36,137 nt of DNA from an uncultured bacterium (lineage in GTDB: Bacteria > Patescibacteriota > Minisyncoccia > UBA6257 > 2-01-FULL-56-20), in contig CAVOJZ010000001.1 in the NCBI GenBank assembly GCA_963696395.1, positions 1 through 36,137 on the forward strand. Direction: 5' to 3'. Positions 1 to 8,722 of the stretch are shown piece by piece; the stretch's first letter is position 1, and each line of letters opens with the position of its first letter. The translations under genes were made by a program, and so were the position numbers. The notes beneath the pieces were generated by a model. It did no database searches. It worked only from the letters and a program-made list of their open reading frames with translations, and was not told the origin of the DNA.

Positions 1-1074
1 GAGGACAACTCAGCCCTTCTTGGAGCCATGATTATCACGCGTCTCCAGCTTGCGGCCATGTCGCGTGTCGATATCGCAGAGGAAAAACGCCGCGACTTTT
101 TCCTGTACGTTGACGAGTTTCAAAACTTCGCCACCGCGTCGTTTGCGAATATTCTTTCCGAAGCGCGAAAATACCGTCTGAGCCTTGTTCTTGCGCACCA
201 ATATATCGGCCAGCTTGTCGGGGCGGAAGGCAACACCAAAGTCCGCGATGCGGTATTCGGCAACGTCGGCACAATCATTACATTTCGTATTGGTGCCGCC
301 GACGCGGAATTCTTGGAACCCGAATTTATGCCGGAGTTTTTACAGCAGGATCTTGTAAACCTGGCCAAGGCAAATGTTTATTTAAAACTGATGATCGACG
401 GCGTTTCATCGAGGCCGTTTTCGGCAACAACCCTGCCTCCGGTTAAGCCTCCTCTTCTCTCTCATCGGGACGTGATCATCGCAAACTCTCAACAAAAATA
501 CGGAACCCAGCGAAGTATCGTTGAGTCGAGAATTGCGAGTGAGTGGGGCGCACAAAGCGACGCCGCAATCAACGAAAAAATCGGCCGCCGGAATGAGCAG
601 TCGCTTTCGCAAACACTTCGCAACGATTCTCGCCAGAATTCATCCTTCCGTCCGAGGGGAACCTCGCCGAGCCGCCTTAACGGACCCAATCAATCTTTTG
701 GGAATGCTCCGCGTGAAGCCTGGCCGCGTCCGGTTCGGGAGGCGGCACCTGTGATTCAGCAGGCGCCACAAATATCGAACCCCAGGCCGGCTCAGGTTTC
801 GCCGCCAGCCGGAGAAGCGCCGGTATTAATGCCCGTGATTGAGCCTTCCGCCACGAAGCCAACCGTCCCGGAAAAAAATCCTGTCCCGGCTGCGGTTTCA
901 CAGGCTGCCGCTCCGCAGGTCGCGATTGACCAGCCGCAAACGCCACAGACACCACCGGCTAAACCGGCTCATAAGCATTTTCCAAAATCAAACGTTGATA
1001 TCAATGCTTTGCGGCGCGCCATCAGCGAATCACTAAAAAAACAAAGCGAGGAAGGAGAAAAGGGCAGCTCCTGA
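1..1074 (+). CDS. VirD4/TraD-like (type IV coupling protein family) P-loop ATPase, C-terminal part; 5'-truncated by the window edge
   Basis: Frame 1 is open from base 1 (EDNSALLGAMIITRLQLAAMSR). Walker B region FFLYVDEFQNF, then LSEARKYRLSLVLAHQY and FGNVGTIITFRIG, typical of VirD4/TraD C-terminal domains. Long Pro/Ala/Gln-rich tail. Confidence 0.8.
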   Translation, partial: EDNSALLGAMIITRLQLAAMSRVDIAEEKRRDFFLYVDEFQNFATASFANILSEARKYRLSLVLAHQYIGQLVGAEGNTKVRDAVFGNVGTIITFRIGAADAEFLEPEFMPEFLQQDLVNLAKANVYLKLMIDGVSSRPFSATTLPPVKPPLLSHRDVIIANSQQKYGTQRSIVESRIASEWGAQSDAAINEKIGRRNEQSLSQTLRNDSRQNSSFRPRGTSPSRLNGPNQSFGNAPREAWPRPVREAAPVIQQAPQISNPRPAQVSPPAGEAPVLMPVIEPSATKPTVPEKNPVPAAVSQAAAPQVAIDQPQTPQTPPAKPAHKHFPKSNVDINALRRAISESLKKQSEEGEKGSS

Positions 1075-1084
1075 TTTTTTCGCT

Positions 1085-1741
1085 ATGCGATTCCATATCC
1101 TCACTATTTTCCCGGATATATTCGATTCGTATCTTGGCGAATCGCTTTTTAAGCGTGCTCTCGCAAAGAAAATCATTTCAGTTGACGTCCATGATATCAG
1201 GACTTATACAACCGACCGGCATCGCAAGGTTGATGACCGGCCTTTTGGCGGCGGACCCGGTATGGTTCTGAAAGTCCAGCCGGTATACAATGCGGTCAAA
1301 AAAATCAAAACAAAGATCAAAGGCGGAAAGAAAAATGTGCGGGTTATATTGTTTTCGACCCGCGGGAAAAAACTTGATGCAAAAATGGCAAAACGCCTTT
1401 CACGGACGGAGCATTTGATTTTAATTTGCGGACGTTATGAGGGTGTTGATGAGCGGATCGCCCAATATGTTGCCGATGAGGAGGTTTCGATAGGGGATTA
1501 TGTCTTGAGCGGCGGAGAATTGCCCGCCCTCGTGCTTGTGGAAGCTGTGAGCCGGCACATTCCGGGCTTTCTCGGCAAAGAAGAATCGCTTGAGGAAACG
1601 AACGGATCATTCCCGACATATACGCGGCCCGAGGTATTTAGCCCCGCCAAAGCAAAGTCTTGGGCTGTCCCAAAGGTGTTGCTGTCCGGAAATCATAAGA
1701 AAATAAAAGAGTGGAGAAAGCTCGGAAAGAGAAGTTCATAA
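1085..1741 (+). CDS. trmD: tRNA (guanine-N1)-methyltransferase TrmD
   Basis: Motifs VDDRPFGGGPGMVL, LICGRYEGVDERI, SIGDYVLSGGELPA and LLSGNHKKI. Confidence 0.97.
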   Translation: MRFHILTIFPDIFDSYLGESLFKRALAKKIISVDVHDIRTYTTDRHRKVDDRPFGGGPGMVLKVQPVYNAVKKIKTKIKGGKKNVRVILFSTRGKKLDAKMAKRLSRTEHLILICGRYEGVDERIAQYVADEEVSIGDYVLSGGELPALVLVEAVSRHIPGFLGKEESLEETNGSFPTYTRPEVFSPAKAKSWAVPKVLLSGNHKKIKEWRKLGKRSS

Positions 1742-1772
1742 TTTTTTAACCTACTCGGCATATGCTGGAGGA

Positions 1773-3176
1773 ATGTCGAACGACTACTCGTTAGCCGATG
1801 AGGGGTTTTGGTTTCTTGCCGCATTCATACTCGGTATTTTCGTCGCGCCTTTCGGTTGGATTATTTGTCCGATCGTTGCAATGGTCGGCATTATTTTTTG
1901 CGCTCTCTTTTCTGCACAGAAAAAGATTTGGTGGCGTATTGCGGCCGGGGTTCTTGCATCGTTTTGCGCGGGAGTGTTGTTGTACCGTTTTTACGTCGCG
2001 CTGGACGCGGAATCGCTTAGATTGCCGATAGGAAAGGAAATTTCTTTTTTAGCTCTTGTTGTGAGTGATCCGTCAGAATCGGCAAAATACGAAATATTCA
2101 CGGCTGACCCATGGCACTCTCACGCCCTCACCGTTCTCGCTCCGCCAACAAGTGGATTTCGTTACGGCGATCTGCTCGAAATAAACGGATTCCTTGGCTC
2201 GCCCGACGGTCAGGGGAAAAACCCATTTGTCATTCCGCTTAAAATAACGATCATCGGACACCACCACGGTTCTCGGCTTCTCGAAGCATTGAGCAATTTC
2301 AAACGCTCAATACTGAAACGATTCGTGAGTTTTTTGCCGCAAGACCAGGCGGCACTTTTGGGCGGCGTTACCATTGGAGGCTCCTCGGGTATGAGCGTCG
2401 AACTAAAGAACGAAATGGAAGCTTCAGGGACTTCCTACGTGCTTTCAATGTACGGGTTTAAAATCGCGGCGATCATCGCCCTCGCATCATCAATTTTTGC
2501 TTATGTGCTTCCGCGCCGTGTTTCGCTGCTCATCGGTTTGTGTATTATCGCTCTCTTCGTTCTTATGGCGGGACTTATTGCATCCGCTGTGAGGGCGGGA
2601 ATTATGGCCGCCATAGCGCTAATCTCACAGGGAATTGGTCGGCCATTCAACAAGCGCAACGCGCTGATGTTCACGGCATCAATCATGTTATGTTTCAACC
2701 CGTTCCTCCTTGCCGGTGATATTGGGTTTCAACTCTCATTTTTAAGCGTTATCGGAATTTTATGCCTAACCAATCCAATAAAACGTTATTGGCGGTACAA
2801 AAGCCCCGGTTTTTTGCTATGGAGAGACGGAGTTACAACCACGATTGCCGTGCTCGCGCCGATGGTGCCATTTATTACCGCGCCAGACGGCAAATTTACC
2901 GTGAGCGCAATCCTATCGAATACTCTGATGTTTCTCGCGACGCTATACACCTTCTTTCTTGGCATTTCGCTTGCGGCGGCAAGTTTCATCTCGTCGCCGG
3001 CTTCCTTCATGATCGCCGAGGCCGGATCAATCATTCTGAAATATCAATTATTGGTGGTGAAGTTTTTTTCCATCGTGGCTATTTCATTTCCGATCTCATT
3101 CCATGAGCCAGTCGTTGTAATTATTTATTACGCAGCCATCGTCATTTTTATAATCAGTCAGCATGAAGATTTTTAG
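1773..3176 (+). CDS. comEC: ComEC/Rec2 family competence membrane protein (N-terminal OB-like region plus Competence domain); metal motif degenerate
   Basis: Multi-TM protein with GFRYGDLLEING (OB-like), QAALLGGVTIG, SAVRAGIMA, FNPFLLAGDIGFQLSFLSVIGI and SAILSN. The expected HxxxxSGxH/N segment reads SYVLSMYGFK. Confidence 0.85.
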   Translation: MSNDYSLADEGFWFLAAFILGIFVAPFGWIICPIVAMVGIIFCALFSAQKKIWWRIAAGVLASFCAGVLLYRFYVALDAESLRLPIGKEISFLALVVSDPSESAKYEIFTADPWHSHALTVLAPPTSGFRYGDLLEINGFLGSPDGQGKNPFVIPLKITIIGHHHGSRLLEALSNFKRSILKRFVSFLPQDQAALLGGVTIGGSSGMSVELKNEMEASGTSYVLSMYGFKIAAIIALASSIFAYVLPRRVSLLIGLCIIALFVLMAGLIASAVRAGIMAAIALISQGIGRPFNKRNALMFTASIMLCFNPFLLAGDIGFQLSFLSVIGILCLTNPIKRYWRYKSPGFLLWRDGVTTTIAVLAPMVPFITAPDGKFTVSAILSNTLMFLATLYTFFLGISLAAASFISSPASFMIAEAGSIILKYQLLVVKFFSIVAISFPISFHEPVVVIIYYAAIVIFIISQHEDF

Positions 3177-3945
3177 AACAATCGATCCGATCAGCCTTTT
3201 TATTATTTTTAGCTTCGCGATTTTTGATTGTGCGACTTGGTGGACGATATTTATGTCCACAATGAACGAGCCTGTCAGAATATATTTTCTCGGCGTAACC
3301 ACCGGAAGTTCGGAGTTGGTTGTCCTTCCTGGAGATATAAAGTTATTGATCGATGCGGGACCTGATCAAAAAATTATCGACGCGTTGGCAAAAATAATGC
3401 CGGAAAACGACCGGAGAATCGACTTAGCGATCGTTACTACGCCATTAGTGAATCATTTCGGTGGCTACACCAATATCCTTGAACAATATCGTCTTGGCGC
3501 ATTTCTCTATAATGGCCGAAAACCGTTATCTTACGGTGATGAGACATCCTGGCAGCAACTAACACAAAAGATTAGAGATCTCCATATCCCAATCGTAACA
3601 CTCGGAGCCGGAGATAAAATTATTTACGGCGCCAGTGCTGCCGCCGTTTTATCTCCGGATTCGGCTTTTAGCCATAGCGCATCTTTGAATGACGCATCAA
3701 TAGTTTTATATCTTAAAACGGAAAACCTCGGCGTATTGTTTGCTGCAAGTGCGGGAGCGAATGTTGAAAAGATGATTTTCTCAAGATACGGCAACATTCG
3801 TGTCGACGTTTTACAGGGCGATACTTCGTTTAAAGAATTTGATCCGATTACCGCAACTTCGAGCAAAGCTGGCGTTGTAACCGAGTTATGGCAAACCGAA
3901 GATAGCTCAAAAAAACAGGCTCTGCATACGAGAGTTATCAGATAG
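3163..3945 (+). CDS. ComEC-associated metallo-beta-lactamase-fold protein (separately encoded ComEC C-terminal module); motif degenerate
   Basis: Overlaps the comEC stop. LLIDAGPD, RRIDLAIVTTPLVNHFGG (canonical THxHxDHxGG) and SLNDASIVLYL (canonical NxxSxV) are recognisable. N-terminal hydrophobic segment. Confidence 0.8.
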   Translation: MKIFRTIDPISLFIIFSFAIFDCATWWTIFMSTMNEPVRIYFLGVTTGSSELVVLPGDIKLLIDAGPDQKIIDALAKIMPENDRRIDLAIVTTPLVNHFGGYTNILEQYRLGAFLYNGRKPLSYGDETSWQQLTQKIRDLHIPIVTLGAGDKIIYGASAAAVLSPDSAFSHSASLNDASIVLYLKTENLGVLFAASAGANVEKMIFSRYGNIRVDVLQGDTSFKEFDPITATSSKAGVVTELWQTEDSSKKQALHTRVIR

Positions 3946-3974
3946 GCGGGAAGCGATGATACAATGAGAGCATA

Positions 3975-5246
3975 ATGATGAAAATTCAAAATACCGAGGC
4001 GCTTGCGCTCACATCCGGCAGAAAAGCGTTGCTTGCGATCGCGGAAGCGGGACTGAAGGCAATCGATACTGAAACCGTAATCCGTGAAGAGATCAAGCGC
4101 TCAGTAGACACGGTGCAAGTGGCGGGTGAAACGATTGACCTGAAAGAGATAAAAAAATTAATTTTTATTGCCGTCGGGAAATGTGCTGCCGATTCGGCGT
4201 TCGCCGTTTCACAAGTGATCGGCGACCATATCACGAGTGGCGTTGTCGTCGACGTTAAGGAATGCCCGCCGATCGATAACCTTAAAACTTTTAAAGGAAC
4301 GCATCCACTGCCTTCGGCTGAAAATTTACGGGCCGCCCAGGCGGTTCGCGATGCTCTAGCCGGCCTCACCGAAAATGATTTGGCACTTTTTGTTATTTCC
4401 GGTGGTGGATCGACCTTGCTTTTTTTGCCCGAAGACGAACGCTCGAATGAAGAAATAAGGATTGTAACGGAACTCATGGATGCCGGAGCAACAATTCAGG
4501 AGACCAATATTGTCCGCAAGCATTTATCGCTTGCCCGTGGAGGTTATCTTGCAAAATACGCCTATCCAGCACGTGTTGTCGCGCTTATCATGAGCGATGT
4601 TCCGGCAAATGACATTTCTTTTATCGCGTCCGGCCCGACCGTTATGGACGAGACCACAATAAAAGACGCAGAAGCTGTTTTGGCCAGATTTAAAATTAAA
4701 AAAGCCGGACTGGTTGAAACACCAAAGGAAGATAAATATTTTAAAAAAGTAACTAATTTCCTCGCCGCTTCAAATATTCGGGCGCTTGCGGAAATGAAAA
4801 AGTGCGCAGAGGCCATGGGATTCAACGCAATCATCGAGGACACGGAATTAGTTGGGGAGGCAGCGGCGACTGGAAAATCTATTTCGGCAAAGATTGCCGC
4901 AGCGAATTCAAAAACCGTTATGCTGTGGGGCGGCGAAACTACCGTAAAAGTTCGCGGTAGCGGAACCGGAGGGAGGAATCTTGAGGTGAGCCTGTCGGCG
5001 TTGAGGTCGGTTCCTGATGGCGTCGAGATTCTCTCGCTTGCGTCTGACGGGCGCGATCATGGACCCTTCGCCGGCGCGATCTGTGATACAATAACAAAAA
5101 GAGTTGTCGAGAAAGCCGGACTCGATATCGAACACTTTTTGCGCGAGAACAACACCTATCCTTTTTTCGAAGAGGTGGGGAATTATGTGATGACGGGCGA
5201 CACCGGGTCGAACGTGTCGGATCTCATCATCGCTCTAAAAGAATAA
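3975..5246 (+). CDS. Glycerate kinase, class II (MOFRL/DUF4147 family; usually 2-phosphoglycerate forming)
   Basis: Motifs AVGKCA, GTHPLPS, VISGGGSTLL, NIVRKHLS..RGG, SDVP.ND..FIASGPT, GGETTV.V.G.G.GGRN, SDGRD and TGSNVSDL. An alternative ATG lies at 3978. Confidence 0.9.
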   Translation: MMKIQNTEALALTSGRKALLAIAEAGLKAIDTETVIREEIKRSVDTVQVAGETIDLKEIKKLIFIAVGKCAADSAFAVSQVIGDHITSGVVVDVKECPPIDNLKTFKGTHPLPSAENLRAAQAVRDALAGLTENDLALFVISGGGSTLLFLPEDERSNEEIRIVTELMDAGATIQETNIVRKHLSLARGGYLAKYAYPARVVALIMSDVPANDISFIASGPTVMDETTIKDAEAVLARFKIKKAGLVETPKEDKYFKKVTNFLAASNIRALAEMKKCAEAMGFNAIIEDTELVGEAAATGKSISAKIAAANSKTVMLWGGETTVKVRGSGTGGRNLEVSLSALRSVPDGVEILSLASDGRDHGPFAGAICDTITKRVVEKAGLDIEHFLRENNTYPFFEEVGNYVMTGDTGSNVSDLIIALKE

Positions 5247-5256
5247 CTTTAAAAAT

Positions 5257-7728
5257 ATGGATAAATCTAACAAACACATTTTGCAATATGAAGAAGTCGG
5301 CATAAAAGATGTCGGAATGGTCGGAGGGAAAAATGCCTCGCTCGGGGAGATGATTCGAACGCTTCATGAAAAGAAAGTGCCCGTGCCGTCGGGCTTTGTG
5401 GTCACCGCTTCCGCGTATTTTTATTTCCTGGAAAAAACAGGACTCGATAAGTTTATTAAAGATACATTAAAAGGACTTAATACCAAAAATTTGGCGGAGT
5501 TGCATCGTTGCGGCTCGACAATTCGCTCAGCCATTATGAAAACCGAATTTCCGAAAGACTTGGCTGACGAAATCGTACATGCTTACCACGGACTCGAAAA
5601 GAAATACGGGAAAAATGCCGATGTTGCCGTCCGTTCATCCGCGACCGCGGAAGATCTGCCTGGTGCGAGTTTTGCCGGCGAACAAGAAAGTTATCTTGGT
5701 ATTCGAGGTGCGAGCCAGGTTTCCGAAGCAGTGCGAGCCACCATGGCTTCGCTTTTCACCGATCGCGCGATCTCTTATCGCACGGATCGGGGGTTCGATC
5801 ACATGAAGATTGCATTATCGGCTGGCGTGCAAAAAATGGTTCGTTCGGATCAGGCCTGCTCAGGTGTTATGTTTTCGCTCGATACCGAATCGGGTTTCCC
5901 GAATGTGGTGATTATAAACGGATCCTGGGGGCTCGGCGAAATGATTGTTAAGGGCGAAGTGACGCCCGATGAATTTCTTGTCTGGAAGGAAGGAATCAAG
6001 CAGGGAATCCAAAAACCAATAATCGACAAAAAACTTGGCGTGAAACTCCGCAAGATGATTTATCATCACGGCGCAAACATTCAACAGACAAAAGTGATTC
6101 CAACATCACAGGCGGAACGGGATTCGTTCGTGCTGACCGATGATGAAGTGATGAAACTCGCGACGTGGGGAACGATCATCGAGAAGCATTATTCGGATCA
6201 TTACAAGAAATGGACGCCAATGGATATGGAGTGGGCCAAAGATGGCGTTACGGGTGAACTTTTCATTGTGCAGGCGAGACCCGAAACCGTTCACGCCAAT
6301 CAGGACTTTTCCAAGATCAAGGAATACGTGCCGCTCGAGCATCGCGAACCGATTCTGATGGGGGCTTCGGTGGGTTCAAAAATCGCAACAGGCAAGGCTC
6401 ATGTGATTATGGACACAAAACACATCGCGGATTTTCGCAAGGGCGAAATTTTGGTAACGACAATGACCGATCCGGACTGGGAGCCGATTATGAAAATGGC
6501 TTCTGCAATCGTGACCGACAAGGGTGGCAGGACTTCGCATGCCGCTATTGTTTCGCGTGAACTTGGTATTCCCGCGATCGTGGGCACGGAAAAAGCAACC
6601 AAAATAATCAAATCGGGCGATGAAATTACCGTTGATACGACCGGCAGTGCCGGGAACATTTATAGAGGATTTTTGAAATTCAAGGTGGTGGAGCACGACC
6701 TTAAGAAAATTCCGAAACCCAAGACGAAGATCATGATCAATGTTGCGATACCCGATAGCGCTTTTGAGACATCGTTTCTTCCGAATGACGGTGTCGGGCT
6801 CGCACGCGAGGAGTTCATAATCGCATCAAAAATGGGTCTGCATCCGATGGCTTTGCTTAATTTAAGCGCCCAAACTCCGGCGGTTCGAAAAGCGATCGAA
6901 GAAAAAATGCGAGGATGGAAAGATCCAAAAAAATATTACGTGGACAATCTCGCCTATGGAATCGCAAAAATTGGCGCGGCATTTTACCCGAACCATGTGA
7001 TTGTCCGGTTTTCCGACTTCAAGACAAACGAATATCGAACACTGCTTGGCGGTGAGATGTACGAACCGAAAGAAGAGAATCCGATGATCGGCTGGCGCGG
7101 AGCGTCACGATATTATGATCCGAAATTTAAGCCGGCGTTTATGCTCGAAGCCGCCGCAGTGAAAAAAGTCCGGGAAGAACTCGGTCTTACCAATGTCATT
7201 CCCATGGTCCCGTTTTGCAGAACCGTGGAAGAGGGGATTAAGGTTCAGGAAACGATGGCGGAGGCAGGCCTCATTACGAATTACATCGCCCGCACGCGGA
7301 AAGTTCGGCACGCTCTCAAATCATTGGCGAATGGGAAAAAGGCAACAACCACGCCAATCTATGTTATGTGTGAAATTCCCTCAAACGTTTTAAATGCGGA
7401 CGCCTTCTTGGACATATTCGACGGCATGTCGATTGGATCAAATGATTTAACCCAGCTGACCATGGGCCTCGATCGTGATTCAGGTATTGTGACGAAAATT
7501 GCAAACGAAAAAAATCCCGCAGTGGAGCGGCTGATCGCGGAAATCATCGCAAAATGCCGAAAGCAGAAAAAGTATATAGGTATTTGCGGCCAGGGGCCGT
7601 CCGATTATCCTGATTTTGCGGAATTTCTTGTCGGATGTGGGATCGAAAGCATGTCTCTTAATCCGGATACCGTTGTCCGCACCACGGTGGCGGTGGCTAA
7701 AAAAGAAAAAGAAATGAAAAAAAGATAA
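5257..7728 (+). CDS. ppsA: Phosphoenolpyruvate synthase (pyruvate, water dikinase)
   Basis: VGGKNASLGEM, AVRSSATAEDLPGASFAGEQE, DMEWAKDG..LFIVQARPETVH, phospho-His GGRTSHAAIVSRE, GVGLAREEF, ENPMIGWRGASRY, SIGSNDLTQ and GICGQGPSD. Confidence 0.97.
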   Translation: MDKSNKHILQYEEVGIKDVGMVGGKNASLGEMIRTLHEKKVPVPSGFVVTASAYFYFLEKTGLDKFIKDTLKGLNTKNLAELHRCGSTIRSAIMKTEFPKDLADEIVHAYHGLEKKYGKNADVAVRSSATAEDLPGASFAGEQESYLGIRGASQVSEAVRATMASLFTDRAISYRTDRGFDHMKIALSAGVQKMVRSDQACSGVMFSLDTESGFPNVVIINGSWGLGEMIVKGEVTPDEFLVWKEGIKQGIQKPIIDKKLGVKLRKMIYHHGANIQQTKVIPTSQAERDSFVLTDDEVMKLATWGTIIEKHYSDHYKKWTPMDMEWAKDGVTGELFIVQARPETVHANQDFSKIKEYVPLEHREPILMGASVGSKIATGKAHVIMDTKHIADFRKGEILVTTMTDPDWEPIMKMASAIVTDKGGRTSHAAIVSRELGIPAIVGTEKATKIIKSGDEITVDTTGSAGNIYRGFLKFKVVEHDLKKIPKPKTKIMINVAIPDSAFETSFLPNDGVGLAREEFIIASKMGLHPMALLNLSAQTPAVRKAIEEKMRGWKDPKKYYVDNLAYGIAKIGAAFYPNHVIVRFSDFKTNEYRTLLGGEMYEPKEENPMIGWRGASRYYDPKFKPAFMLEAAAVKKVREELGLTNVIPMVPFCRTVEEGIKVQETMAEAGLITNYIARTRKVRHALKSLANGKKATTTPIYVMCEIPSNVLNADAFLDIFDGMSIGSNDLTQLTMGLDRDSGIVTKIANEKNPAVERLIAEIIAKCRKQKKYIGICGQGPSDYPDFAEFLVGCGIESMSLNPDTVVRTTVAVAKKEKEMKKR

Positions 7729-7734
7729 AAAAGC

Positions 7735-8721
7735 ATGGCACACAAGGCAACTTTTTTTAATGTCGACAGGTGGGGCGAGGAAGGTAAAAATTACTTGCGA
7801 TCGAGTTCGAAGCTGGCATCTGCAGGAGTCGAAGTCGCATTTGTCGATGCGATAGTATCAGCGGATAGCATACCGTCCGATAAAGACTTCGAAATTCTTG
7901 GCGTTTTTATGGATTCCAAAGTTGACGCAGCGACAATCGCAGCCCTTCCGGCAGTAAAATTTATCACCACGCTCTCGACAGGGTTCGACCACATCGACCT
8001 TAAAATCGCCGCGGAACGGGGAATTCCCGTTTCGTCGGTGCCCGCTTACGGTGAAAATACCGTTGCAGAATTCGCGTTCGCGCTTATTCTGTCGCTTTCA
8101 AGAAAGATTTGCGAATCGCGCGAAAGGATTCGCACCGAAGGGAAATTTACAACAGAGGGCCTCACGGGATTCGATCTTGCCGGGAAAACGATCGGCGTGG
8201 TTGGTACGGGGCGTATCGGCAAACATGCCGTTCGCATGGGCAGTGGTTTTGGCATGAAGGTTATTGCCTACGACGTCATCCACGACGACGCCTTCGCCGC
8301 ACAAATGGGTTTCCCCTATGTTTCCCTTGAAGAACTTTTGGCGAAAAGCGACGTGATAACCATCCACTGTCCTTACCTTCCGAGCACGCATCACCTCATC
8401 AACAATGGCAATATCGGTCTGGCGAAAAAAGGAGCGGTCTTGGTGAACACGGCCCGTGGGGCAATTGTGGAGACCTCGGCTATGATCACCGCATTAAAAA
8501 ATGGGCAGCTTGGCGGTGCCGGACTCGATGTATTGGAAGAGGAAGGCGATATGAAAGCGGGGAATATGGAAGCTGTCAAAGACTTAATCGCCATGCCAAA
8601 TGTGATCGTGACGCCACACAACGCATTCAATACCAAAGAGGCATTTCTCAGAATTCTTGATACCACGATCGACAATATTGTTGGCTATGTAAAGGGAGCG
8701 CCGATCAACATCGTCAAGTAG
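7735..8721 (+). CDS. D-isomer-specific 2-hydroxyacid dehydrogenase (D-lactate dehydrogenase / hydroxypyruvate reductase family)
   Basis: STGFDHID, VPAYGENTVAEF, Rossmann motif GVVGTGRIG, VNTARG (Arg), GLDVLEEE (Glu) and TPHNAF (His). Confidence 0.93.
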   Translation: MAHKATFFNVDRWGEEGKNYLRSSSKLASAGVEVAFVDAIVSADSIPSDKDFEILGVFMDSKVDAATIAALPAVKFITTLSTGFDHIDLKIAAERGIPVSSVPAYGENTVAEFAFALILSLSRKICESRERIRTEGKFTTEGLTGFDLAGKTIGVVGTGRIGKHAVRMGSGFGMKVIAYDVIHDDAFAAQMGFPYVSLEELLAKSDVITIHCPYLPSTHHLINNGNIGLAKKGAVLVNTARGAIVETSAMITALKNGQLGGAGLDVLEEEGDMKAGNMEAVKDLIAMPNVIVTPHNAFNTKEAFLRILDTTIDNIVGYVKGAPINIVK

Positions 8722-8722
8722 G

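Noticed and set aside
700-1000. Pro/Ala-rich low-complexity stretch as a possible tandem repeat
   Set aside because: There is no nucleotide-level repeat unit; it is a disordered protein linker.
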